DNA from: Octopus sinensis | Lineage: Eukaryota | Direction: 5' to 3' | Length of the DNA: 64,000 nt | Assembly: GCF_006345805.1 (NCBI RefSeq) | Contig: NC_043008.1 | Coordinates: 52,204,001 to 52,268,000 of the forward strand | Part shown: piece after piece, positions 34,912-46,759 of the stretch | Layout of the letters: each line of letters begins with the position of its first letter | Position numbering within the stretch: the first letter of the stretch is position 1 | Position numbers and translations under genes: made by a program | Notes under the pieces: model-generated | What the model saw: only the letters and a program-made list of their open reading frames with translations | What the model was told of the DNA's origin: nothing | Database searches by the model: none

Positions 34912-36137
34912 TGTAACGTGAAAGGATCTATCATCGAAGCACTGGCAGGGTGTCGAGATCCTTTCTAGTCACATACAAAAATTCTTGTAGAAAACAAACA
35001 GACGAAACTCAGGTTAAAGGTGAACAACAACTTGGTTTATTGATTCATGGTTGTACGTTTCTGATGGGGGAAGACAGCCTCTGATGTATTGCTGGTGTTG
35101 GTCGTTGAGGTTGGTTGAAGTTGGTTGAAGCTGGTGTGTGGCTGTCAGAGCCAGGAAAACCGTGACCGATCGCAGTGCTGTCTTGAGCCGAAGAGAGATT
35201 TTTGAGGTTCGCGGGCTCGAGAGATGTTTTCCCGCACATGCGCATGGGGAAGACTTCCGGTGGCCACCCGGAAGTAGTCCCATTCTGCGCATGCGCGCCG
35301 AACCCTACACTGTAGCATCACTACAGGGCTCCCTCCGAGTGCGAAGTACGGCAACCAGAATATTGTGGTGGTGCTGCAGAAAACAAGGCTTGCCGATCCC
35401 CCAGAAGACTTGGTACATACTATTATACAATAAGAAACATTTTAAAGTTAAATGTAAATTGTTTTTGAAAGTTCTGGGGCCAATGCACTGTTCTGCCCGA
35501 TTGTAACATACGGTGTGCTCGGGGCACCCGTTGACGGCGAGGGTGGTGTTGTAGGAGCCGGTGAAGGTGTTTGTGCAGGTGAAGGCGTTTGTGCAGGTGA
35601 AGGCGTGTTGTGCAGGTGAAGGCGTTTGTGCAGGTGTGAAAGTGTTGTTAAAGGTGCATAGGTGGGGTGTCAAGGTTGTCATCAAAAGATGAAGACGTCT
35701 CAAAATGTGCCTTTTTTAAACGGTCCACGGAAAACGGTCTCCGAACGACCATTTATCTCAATCGTGAAAACCTTTGGTGTGCGAGAAAGCACACGAAAAG
35801 GTCTTTTAGGGAGAAACAAGTGGGCCCTTCACAGAATCGTCCCGAACAAAAACATGTGGTTGTACGTTGTCTGATGGGGGAATAGACAGCCTCTGATGTA
35901 TTGCTGGTGTTGGTCGTTGAGGTTGGTTGAAGTTGGTTGAAGCTGGTGTGTGGCTGTCAGAGCCAGGAAAACCGTGACCGATCGCAGTGCTGTCTGAGCC
36001 GAAGAGAGATTTTTGAGGTTCGCGGGCTCGAGAGATGTTTTCCCCGCACATGCGCATGGGGAAGACTTCCGGTGGCCACCCGGAAGTAGTCCCATTCTGC
36101 GCATGCGCGCCGAACCCTACACTGTAGCATCACTACA
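34912..36137 (-). mobile_element. Internally deleted Gypsy LTR element (TRIM-like, 1226 bp) with 4-bp TSD
   Basis: TG...CA termini; TSD TATT at 34908-34911 and 36138-36141; complete 3' LTR 34912-35325; partial 5' LTR 35857-36137; purine tract GGAGGGAG before the 3' LTR; frameshifted integrase GPY/F remnant (HVFVRDDSVKGPLVSP..GPFRVLSR..FTIEINGRSETV.VDRLK). Confidence 0.9.
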
Positions 36138-36260
36138 TATTTATTTGCAATAAAGTGGATTATTATTAAAGATACCAAGGACTAGAGGGTCATGTTTGCT
36201 TGTAATAGAGTGAACTCTGCTAAAGGTACCCCAAAATCATTAAAATGAGAGAAAGTTTAC

Positions 36261-36369
36261 TCAGAACAAAAGTGCTCTCTCTGGTGGGTTTAAACTCAGT
36301 TCTTTCTATGAAATTTTGTCCAAGATTAGTCCTCATCAGGTTAGAATAAAGAAATATTTGTACAGGGTA
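36261..36369 (-). CDS. Candidate host-gene exon
   Basis: ctcattttgcag| acceptor, TGA|gtaaac donor, 109 nt open (phase 0 to 1): YPVQIFLYSNLMRTNLGQNFIERTEFKPTRESTFVL. Confidence 0.45.
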
Positions 36370-37759
36370 CTGCAAAATGAGATTGTACACAAAACCATAT
36401 ACTTTAAAATAAGCTTCTCAATCACATAGCCATACTTCCCTTCAGACTAAATACTTTAAATAAACTCAAATCTTTGTAATCCTTATATGTGTAATCAAGT
36501 CCTTAATTCATTATCAGAGTTTATAATTAGTTTACAGTATTTCATTATGACATAGAAATAAAGCAGAGCTGTCATTGGCAAGTGGATATGACCTGGTAAC
36601 ATGTAACATACTTTTGCCATTTGTTTCAGATTTTTATGTATGCACAGGTAAACATAGACACCCTGTGAAACCTCCAGTCCTTAATACAGTGTAGCAACAT
36701 GAATGTGACAGCTAGAGAGAAAGAAGGTTGCACCAATGCTACGCTCCAGTGAACTCAGCTGGAAAAAAGTACCAGTTATAAACTTGTACCTATTTTCATC
36801 TGAATAGTCTGGAGTGACATGAAATGAAGCATGAAATGATATAATGCATTGCCCAATCGAGGAATTGAACCTATAAACTTATGATTATTAACCCAACATC
36901 CTGCGCATTATTAGGTCATGTGATTTTACAATGAAGAAATCATATAATATTGATTTGTTATAATAAAATTAAACTGATTTTAGTTCAATAAATTTAAAAG
37001 GAAGTTTTTTTAAAGTAATTGTGATTTGGAGCAAAGTTTGTAATTTTAGAAACAAAACTATATATATATACTAGTATATGTGTAGTTATATTATATATGC
37101 TTATGAGAGAGATAGTGAGTTTACAAATGTATGAATTAACACTTTTTTAGTCCTTTCAAATAATTTCTTCCCATAACCTAATAATAATTTATGCAAATTT
37201 TCTTTAAATTTTTGTTTTCCTTCTATCTTACTTGCCATAAGTTTTCTTCCCTCTTCCCTTCTTGCCTTTCTTTAAATTCACTTTTTTATATTTACAATTT
37301 TCCCCTTCCTCTCCCTACTCTCTCTCCCTTTTTCTTTTACTTTGTTTTATCTTTCCTTTCTTTCCCCCTTCCTATCTTTCTATACATCTCCTTCTCTCAC
37401 AATATCTAGTTTGTCCCAATAACCCCATTTTAAATTCCTAGCGTCCACTGTTTGTATGTAAATATTTTGTGAATGAACAATAATCCGTATGTGTTTAAAT
37501 AAGTGTGTGTATGTGTATACAATTACGTGTTTGGGTCAATCAGTGTTTTGGGATGTGTATGCTCTTGTGTATGTATATAATTGTTTGTTTATGTGTATAA
37601 GTACGTGATTGTAAACATATATTTTAGCGTAAGTATGATTCTATGTCATTGCTGCAAGAATAAGTAAGAATATATGTGTAGAGATACACATGCATATGTT
37701 TGCAAGTATATCCCAGCATAAGTATGTATTTATTTGAATATATATGTATGTCTGTTTGC

Positions 37760-38135
37760 CTGTATGTATATTCTTTTACTTGTTTCAATCATTTATATAT
37801 GGCCATTCTGGACCTCAGGACTTGTTCTTTGTAAGCCTAGTACTTATTTTATTGGTCTCTTTTGCTGAACCACTCGGTGATGGGGACATAAACACACCAG
37901 CATCAGTTGTCAAGCAATGCTAGGGGGACAAACAGAGACACAAAGAACAAATACATACACATATATATATATGATGGGCTTCTTTCAGTTTCCTTCTACC
38001 AAATCCACTGACAAGGCTTTAGTTGGCTTGAAGCTATAGTAGAAGACATTCACCCAAGGTGCCATGCAGTGGGACTGAACCTAGAAAGATGTGGTTGAGA
38101 AGCAAGCTTCTTACCAGTCAGCCATTCCTGTGCCT
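37760..38135 (-). mobile_element. tRNA-headed SINE family A, degenerate
   Basis: Homologous to 27065-27520. Confidence 0.75.
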
Positions 38136-38216
38136 TTGTATGTATTTATGTATATGTTTATATATAAAAAGTATATAAAACATGTATAAATATAGATATA
38201 TATGTATGCATATATA

Positions 38217-38562
38217 CATCATCATCATCATCATCATCATCATCGTTTAACGTCCGCTTTCCATGCTAGCATGGGTTGGACGGTTCAACTGGGGTCTGGC
38301 AAGCTCGAAGGCTGCACCAGGCCAGTCAGATCTGGCAGTGTTTCTACAGCTGGATGCCCTTCCTAACGCCAACCACTCCAAGAGTGTAGTGGGTGATTGT
38401 ATGTGCCACCAACACAGGTGCCAGACGAGGCTGGCAGACGGCCACGTTCGGATGGTGATTTTATGTGCCACGACACAGGTGCCAGACGAGGCTGGCAGAC
38501 GGCCACGCTCGGATGGTGTTTTTATGTGCCACTGACACAGGTGCCAGACGAGGCTGGCTGGC
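38217..38562 (-). mobile_element. RTE 3' UTR-only fragment with tandem repeat units of about 60 bp and a (GAT)n tail
   Basis: Identical in structure to the 3' UTRs of the RTE copies; (AT)n on both sides. Confidence 0.85.
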
Positions 38563-38678
38563 AGATATATATATTATATATAATATATATATATATTATA
38601 TATATATATATAATTATATATATTTGTATATATGTATATGTATTTGTGTGGAGGCGCAATGGCCCAGTGGTTAGGGCA

Positions 38679-39010
38679 TTTACAAAGAATTTGAGATGAA
38701 CTGACCTGTTTCACCATTTTATCGTTTTCAGAATGTACTAAGGAGGAAGATATTTTTCAAGCCCTGCCTGAGAATTTTGAAAAGGTTACGATTTCGTGGA
38801 TTTCTTGTATTGGAATTTGCATGGATGGTGCCCCAAGTATGACAAGGAAAGTGAGAGGCTTGGCAGCAACCATCAGAAAGATAAATTCAAATATTATATC
38901 AATGCACTATTTTATAGACAGAGACGCATTAGTCTCCAAGACCCTTTATGTTGATGAGGAAATGAGAGTTTGTTTATATCAAATTAGTAAAACGGTGATT
39001 TAATTATGAA
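38679..39010 (+). pseudogene. hAT (Buster/SPIN-like) transposase fragment
   Basis: EEDIFQAL...SWISCIGICMDGAPSMTRKVRGLAATIRK...MHYFIDRDALVSKTL matches the C.DGA.SM.G...G...HC..HREAL.SK motif. Confidence 0.75.
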
Positions 39011-39138
39011 CATAGAAAGAAATTGTACATTAATCCCTATTTTTGTACGCAGTTGTATCCGTAAAAAATTTTATTTGCAGAGAGCAGAAATTGAAAGAAG
39101 ATATATGAAATGGATGTTTGTGTTTGTGTATGTGTGTA

Positions 39139-39176
<38 letters not shown>

Positions 39177-39547
39177 TGTGTGTGTGTGTGTGTGTGCATG
39201 TGTGTGTGTGTGTGTGTGCTTTCGCATGTGTATGTGAGAGAAAAAGAGGGTGAGAAAGAGAGATAAAGTGAGTGAGTGAAGGTGTGTGTCGTGATGACTG
39301 ATGTCTTTTAAGGTACACACACATGCATAGAAAATGTGAGGTCATCATATAAAATTTTTACGATAGTTGATTAATGGAAAAGATTATGTTAAATTTTTGA
39401 AATGCAAATATGTGAATGAAAATTAAGTTCAGACCTCTACATGGTAGGTAGACCTGGTAGAAATAGCAGCCAAATCTCCCTCAAAACACCCTACTGTCTT
39501 AATCCGTCAATTCTGTCTATCATGTAATTTGAATGAGAAACTGTAAC

Positions 39548-41437
39548 ACAATGACTGGTGTAGCAGCACTATAGTCAACTGCTACAAAGGAAAAGATGAC
39601 GCTTTAGATACAAATAATTACAGAGGCATCAAGTTGTTATATCAGGTAATGAAGGTCACAGAGAGGATCATAGCCCAACTAATTAGGGAGAGAGTCAGCT
39701 TAGATGAGATGCAGTATGGGTTTGTGCCAGGGAAAAGCACCACTGATGCTACATTTCTGGTAAGACAGCTGCAGGAGAAATACCTGGCCAAAGATAAACC
39801 TCTGTACCTGGCTTTTGTTGACATGGTGAAAGCCTTTGACAGGGTCCCTCAATCCCTTATCTGGTGGTCAATGAGGAAACTAGGGATAGATGAATGGTTA
39901 ATGAGAGCTGTGCGAGCCATGTACAGGGATGCTGTCAGTAAGATGAGGGTTGGCAATGAGTACAGTGAAGAATTCCAGGTGGAGGTAGGGGTACAACAAG
40001 GTCCAGTCCTTAGCCCTCTCCTATTTATCAGAGTCCTCCAGGCAATAACGGAGGAATTCAAGACAGGATGACCCTGGGAGCTTCTCTATGCTGATGACCT
40101 TGCTCTATTTGCTGAGACACTATCAGAGCTAGAGGAGAAGTTTCAGGTGTGGAAAGAAGGATTAGAATCGAAGGACCTTAGAGTCAATCTAGCAAAAACC
40201 AAAGTCTTAGTAGGAAAGCAAACAAATCACAAATCCCACCAGGAAGATGACCTGCCTGATCTGTAGAAAAGTTACAGGTAGAAACTCCATAAGATGCACC
40301 TGATGCAAGCTATGGACACATAAAAGGTAACACAATATCAAATAAAGGTTAAGTGGGAAGACAGTGTTTGTGTGTGGCAGATGCATAGGGGCAATAAACA
40401 CCAAAGATGTACAGAAAACAGATTCTATCACATGCCAGGGGGAAAAATAGAAGTAGTTAATAGCTTCCATTACTTAGGTGCCCAAGGTAGTAGCAGAGGT
40501 GGATGCTCTGGGAGCATAGCTGCTAGAATAAGAATATGCTGGGAAAAGGTTAGAGAGCTCCTACCTCTGCTGGTAACAAAGGGCCTCTTGCTCAGAGTGA
40601 AAGGTAGACTGTATGATGCATGTGTGCAAACAGCCATGCTACATGGCAGTGAAACATGGGCTGTGACCACTGAGGACATGCACAAGCTTGCAAGAATTGA
40701 AGCCAGTAAGCTCTTCTGGATGTGTAATGTCAGTGTGCATACATGACAAAGTGTAAGCACCATGAGAGAAAAGTTAGACATAATAAGCATCAGATGCGGT
40801 GTGCAAGAGCAACGACTGTGTGAATATGGTTATATGTTAATTATGGATGAGGACAGCTATGTGAAGAAGTGTCACACCATAACAGTGGAGAGAACCTGTG
40901 GAAGAAGTAGACCCAGAAAGACCTGGGATGAGGTTGTGCAACTCAACCATCAAACGTTGGGCTTTACAGAGGCAATGACATGTGACCAAGACCTTTGGAG
41001 ATATGTTGTGCTTGAGAGAACTTGGCAAGCCAAGTGAGATTGTAGCCATGGCTGATGCCAGTGTCACATAACTAGTGAGCCCATCTAAAAGTACCCTTCA
41101 ATTGTTGGGCAATATGCTGTGTTTGAGAAGACCTGTTGAGTCAAGTGAAATCATAGCTGTGGCCAATGCCAGTGCTGCCTGAGTGGCACCCATGCTGGTG
41201 GTACGTAAAAAACATCAATCGAGCGTGGTTGATACTAGTGCCACCTGACTGGCTCCCATGCAAGTGACATGTAAGAAGCACCCAGTACACTCTTTGGCAC
41301 TAGGGAGGGCATCCTGCTGTAGAAACTTTTCCAGATCAGATTAGAGCCTGATGGAGCCTCCTAGCTTACAAGTCCTAAGTCAAACCATCCAGCCCATGCC
41401 AACATGGAAAACAAACATTAAACGATGATGATGATGG
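39548..41437 (+). mobile_element. RTE-clade LINE, 5'-truncated and degenerate
   Basis: RT (GKSTTDATFLVRQLQEK, LLYADD), C-terminus, 3' UTR and (GAT)n tail. Confidence 0.9.
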
Positions 41438-41504
41438 TGATATATGTATGTATATACGTATATAGATATATACACATATTATATATACATATGCATTATA
41501 TATA

Positions 41505-41715
41505 ACGGGAAGCTTTATGAAAATAAACAAAAGACGAAGGCAGGTGGAGTACAAACAAACAATTGTATTAGTATGGCGCTCAGGAATATAAATAAAACAA
41601 GTCTTCTATGTTTCGAGCCTATGCTCTTCAACAGAAAGATACACAGAAAAGAAACACGGAGAGAAACATGGAGAGAAAAAAAATGCGTGCAGAAGCTAGC
41701 GAATCAACATGGCGA
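41505..41715 (-). mobile_element. Family H repeat with variant hammerhead motif at 41603-41638
   Basis: CUUU-CUGUUGA-A-GAGC(AUAG)GCUC-GAAAC-AUA-GAAG; homologous to 15420-15645. Confidence 0.7.
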
Positions 41716-41986
41716 TCATATATATATATATATATACACATTATATAGATCATATATATATATATATACATTATATTCAGTTAGTGGTAAAATTAACCTC
41801 ATTAAGGGATAGTAATATCAAATGAATTACTCACTCATTGCCTAATATTTGTGAATAATAATATTCACAAAATGATAGGTCTAAATATAAATCATGGTTT
41901 ATAGTCATTCAAAAGAAAATTACGAAAATGGAGATATAACATTTAAGAAAATTGAAAATTTATTATCTGCTAAAATCCAACATACA

Positions 41987-42068
41987 CTCTAACAACCATT
42001 TCAATTAAGCCTAAAGATCAAAATAGCATTTATTAAATCATTATATTAGGCAAAATCTCATCAGAGAG
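41987..42068 (-). ncRNA. Degenerate type I hammerhead motif
   Basis: CUCU-CUGAUGA-GAUU..GCCUAA(loop)UUAGGC..AAUU-GAAAU-GGUU-GUU-AGAG. Stem I (4 bp) is intact and stem III has decayed. Confidence 0.4.
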
Positions 42069-42089
42069 ATATAAAAGATATACTGTTAG

Positions 42090-45000
42090 GTTATTAAGTT
42101 TTGTGTTTTCGAATCATCACAGCTGCAATGCCAATAGATTTCAAAGTCTGACCTTGAGTTTTATTAATAGTCATTGCAAAACAAAGTTGCAGTGGGAACT
42201 GTGTTCATTTGAACTCAAATGGCATGTCTGTTGCTTTGATTGCAAATCTTGGAATGAAAACCTCTTCCCCAGAGGCACATCCGGTGATGATGGTAACTTC
42301 TATTACATTAGGTGATAATGTCTTCACAATCAACCTTGCCCCATCACATAATTTAGGAGGATCTAAATTTCTTAGAAGCACTATTAGGACTCCTACCCTC
42401 AGAAGAAGTTTATGTGGAGGAGTTTCAGGTGGTTCAAGAGCACTAAAGAACTCTGTTGGATAATGGACAGCTTGATTTTCATCAAGGACTGAATCAACTG
42501 ATTTTTACTCCTTAATGACTGTTGGTTAATCCTTGCAACTGTTTCATTTTTGGAGCAAGAATTGTCCTTTCACATAAAATTTTATGTGAATTATAATTAT
42601 TACTCAAGTCTGAAAATACCCTGTTCTTCAATTCAGCTGGAGAATTCATCATGATAACAATATGAGCCAAATTGATATCACTATTCCCATCAAATTGTAC
42701 TTTCTCACTTTCTAATTGGAAGAGCCAAGTTAAAACCTGTTCTGCACATTGGTCCTCATGTAATAAACTTCACATGTTAGTATTGAAGGAGAATTTCTGT
42801 ACTTTATTCCATAGGTGTGAAGACTTAATGCTTCTTTAATTTCATCAGATCTTGTTCCTCTCAGAATGACTGATAATGTCTGCCTGAAGTCACCTGATAA
42901 AACTAATGTAACTCCTCCCATAGATTTATTGTTGCCTCTTATGTCCTGTAAGGTCTTATCAAGAGCTTCCATTGCACCTTTTTCTTTTTTCTTGCGTTAT
43001 CTTGGAGAAAAGCAATGTTGCTACAAATGTTTTACCTGTGCCACCAGGAGCATCTGATTGACAAAATAATTTTATCATATGCACAGTATTGTTCTGGAAG
43101 ATATTCATGTTCATTCACAAATGCAGCCAACTGTGTGATGTCATGTCTCTCTTGCTATGTCTTTTAAAGTTAAATCACAAATTTGACAGTTTGTTTTTGG
43201 CAGTCCAGAGCCAAACTCTTGTAAATTTTTGCCTCCCATGGCCAAAACTTCAATTCAATTAATGCTTGGTGAAAAATTATTTCAAAGAACTGAATATTGA
43301 TATCTGGGTTTGCCAGTTGAACTGCCAACTTTAAGACCTCAGCCATGTCCGTTACAGGGTTTCCTTGGAGAATCTGATACTGATGCTTCAGTCAATGCAA
43401 GGTCCCAATGCTCATCGTTTTCTAAAAAACCTTGTTGATAGCATGCTTCCCTATAAGTTTAACACACATGACCATTTACCCTCCTCAAATCTTGGAATGA
43501 TTTGGGATCACGTACTTCATGCAAAAGGAACTGTTAGTAATAGCATTCTGCTTGGCTTGGGTAGACACTGTAAACTCTTGGCAGAATGTCAGCCCCATGT
43601 GCCATTTACTGTTTCTCCAGATGTAATACTTGGGTAACTCTGAGTAGAGGAATTGTCTTGCATCTTCATCTACTTGACAGAACATTAAAAAAGCAGTAAG
43701 GGTAGTTTCTTTTGAAGAAAGTGCTTGTTGCAAGGCTGTTTGTTTTGTAAAAATAATCCTTTGGCCATTCTCTAGCTGGGTGCCTCTCATGAATGAGAAA
43801 ATTGAAGATGCACCAAAAAGCCTCATTGCTACTGATGTATTTTCCTTTGTCATACTGTGCATCCTCATCAGTTTTATTTGTCTGCTGACTGCCATTCTGC
43901 ATAAAAGTGTATGTTGCAGCAACTAAACCTTTGTTTATATATTTGTAAACATACTTAATAGACTTAACAGAGTTGCAGAATCCAACATTGATATGGGCTT
44001 TGAAAGTTTTTGTAAGAAGAGAACAGTAGGGTACAACCCACTGATTGTCAATGATGGATTCTTGCCTATTTCTCATTCTTTTTTTGAAGTAAAAAATACC
44101 ATGCCCAGGTTTTCTTTTTATGTAAAGTGGGTAGCTACCTTCTCCAGTTTGGGTTTCTTGTACAGAGGGGCATGGGTAGTTCTGGGTACACTTATTATAC
44201 CTCATGTATGGGGAGGATGGATTAACTGAACCACATGGCCCATGGATCATATGGGACTTGACAATTTCATGCAGCAAAGGATCTTGCTGTGGATCAGGCA
44301 GTTCAGATGAGAAAAATAAATCAATATCATTTGGTCAAAGTTTTTCATGTAATCAAATCAAAATGTGGGTATGTGGAAATCCTTGTTTGTGTCATTCAAA
44401 TTGTGTACATGTCACATTTGACTGTTCCAAAGACTTTGCCTTTTTATAGGAGATCCAACAGCTTTATGACTTTAAGTCTGAACAGCCTAGCTATAATATC
44501 ATGCGATATTTGGCTTCTTGATGATGATAAAGCTTACTCTTTATTTCATGCCATGTAGGGTCACGTGATTGTAATGAAGAGATCTGGACAATCATAGTGT
44601 CTGACATATGTAAGTGCATCTTGGGTACACTCATACATATACCATGGACTTGCTGTAAAGCTTGATGGAACAATGACACAAAGCTGTCCAATGTTTTCAG
44701 CAGTCAATGCTCCTTCATTACTGATTGCATCTCTCAGGTGAATGTAATCTGATGCACGGAGATCTTTCTGATGTGTTTTAATGTAAAAAAGCCTCTTCCC
44801 TTCAATTTTTGCATACATATCAACTGCAAATTGCTGGAAGAGCTCACGTGAACAATGAAGAATACTGCTCTCTTAATATGAAAAGGTAAGCATAGAATTC
44901 CATGCAGCTTACTACTTTCATCAGTGCAGGATCTCTTGTTTTAAGATCTGTTTTTTTTCCTTATTCCAAAAGTGATATCCATCTTGGTCAAATACACAGA

Positions 45001-46150
45001 TTAATGGATACTGGAGTGCATCATATGATTGGAGGGTTGCATTTATTCACTGAATATTATTTCTTCTTCCTTAAATAATAATATCTCTCTTCCCATACTT
45101 GTTGCCTGTAATAATTGCTGCTATTTCATATGCAGCAAAGGCATCGTAGTGGCCTCTGTGCTCAGATTTTTGTCTGCATCAATAACTATCTCGTATTCAG
45201 TGGGTAGTGCAGATTCCAATGCATACTTGAGGCTTCTGATGTAGCTATTGTTTGCATGCAACATATCTTGCAGATCAAAGATTAACTCTTCTTTCAAATT
45301 TGGATGGTTAAATGACCATTGCTAAGCCTGCTCCTTGTAATTTGCCACAAAATATAACTGTAAAAACTGAGGATTTTTGCCTTCAGTTGGCAACAAAGAT
45401 CCAGTATGATGGTATACTTGACCGTGAACTTTAAAAGTTGGCTTCATGTTTCCTTCTCTTATAACACTGCTACCAAAGGAGGTCATTTAGAAAGCAGAAA
45501 TATAATTGCTAAAGTTTTGCAAGAAGTGCATGCTCTTTGGTGTGTCTCCCAAAATCAATGCCTTCAAAGTATCTGTGGGTGTACCAAATGTTGGCAAAAC
45601 AACCGTTCCTCCACCACAACACATAGTGGTGGTTTCTCTTTCCCGTTTCTTTCCTTTACAAAATCTGCACACTTTTGACATTGCTCTAATATCAATCAAT
45701 TTCTTTGTAAAAAAAATTGTTTTGGATCATAACTGAAAGCTGATCCTTTCCAAGTCCCCTTAAAAGATGCAACTCTTTTGTCAAACAACTTGATCAAGAT
45801 GCTCATGTCTTTCCTCTGAGGATTGGCAAAGTCTTGCAGCAACTGTTTGCTCCTGGTTTTTTTCTTTGTCTCATCTCTCACCGACTTACTGTCTCATTGG
45901 CAACTCTGGCAGCTTGTCTTTTTCTTGCATCTTTTAAACGTTTTTCTTTTTCCTTTTTTGACCCCTGGCTCCTGCAGATTGCATTTTGTTGACATAATTG
46001 TTCCACCCATTTTCCCCTTGCCTCTTGTGACTCGTTGGCCCTGCATGCAGCAACTCTCCTCTGGTTGTTTTCTTGTCTTTGCTGTTGTTGTGAAGGGGTC
46101 TCTAGTGACCTTACTCTGGCTACATGTACTTATCTTTGCTTCACTGTAAA
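42090..46150 (-). mobile_element. Decayed autonomous Helitron (Rep/PIF1 helicase pseudogene)
   Basis: MCCGGGTVVLP; YAKIE..RL.YI..HQK.LRA..Y..L.DA; PSSFT.SP.YM....QDA..YVR.Y..PDLFIT; MIHGPCG; DNQWVVPY...L.K.F.AHINV; IKY..KYINKG; GGV...LSGDFRQ.L. Many stops, and no 3' hairpin-CTAG was seen. Confidence 0.9.
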
Positions 46151-46759
46151 ATACTGATCATCTACATCTACCCCGTCTCCTCTTGTAGAGAGTAAGAAGA
46201 TTTTTCTCGGAAACCCTTTTTGAAAATTAAAATGGGGATTAAATGAAAAAATGAGAGAAAGTTATGTGAATATCTTCATAAGAGTGATTGAATAAATGGT
46301 GATTGTGGCACACTGCACAAATGCATACACACACCACACGCATGCACGCATGCACATACAGTGTCAAACATCAACGTTTCTTTCTCTCTTGCTTTCCCCC
46401 TTTCTTTGTGCTGGCTCACTTTCACCTTCACCTATAGAACATACATACAGTATCAAACATCAGCGTCTCTCCTCTCTCTCTCCTGCCATGTCTCTCTCTA
46501 TAGGAACTTGTTTTCTCTCTGTTTTTTCTCTCTTCTCTCTACCTTTTTCTCATTCTGCATTTCTCTCACACATAATCTCTCTGTAATAGTTCATCTCTTT
46601 TAGTCTATGTCTGTTTCTGTCTGTATGTCTCTTTTTAACTCACTCATACACTTACACTATCTACATTTCTCCCTCTATTGAAAAATGTGATGAATGAGAT
46701 GGGGGAGGAGAAGTAAAGAGCCAGAAGTAAAGAGCAAAGATATCTGCTAATATATATTC

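Noticed and set aside
35014-36178. GC-rich ORFs suggesting bacterial or viral contamination
   Set aside because: Explained by duplicated LTRs and an integrase remnant with a TSD continuous with the flanking host DNA.
36310-36345. CTGATGAGGAC... on the minus strand
   Set aside because: Stem II does not pair, GAAA is absent, and it overlaps candidate exon 36261-36369.
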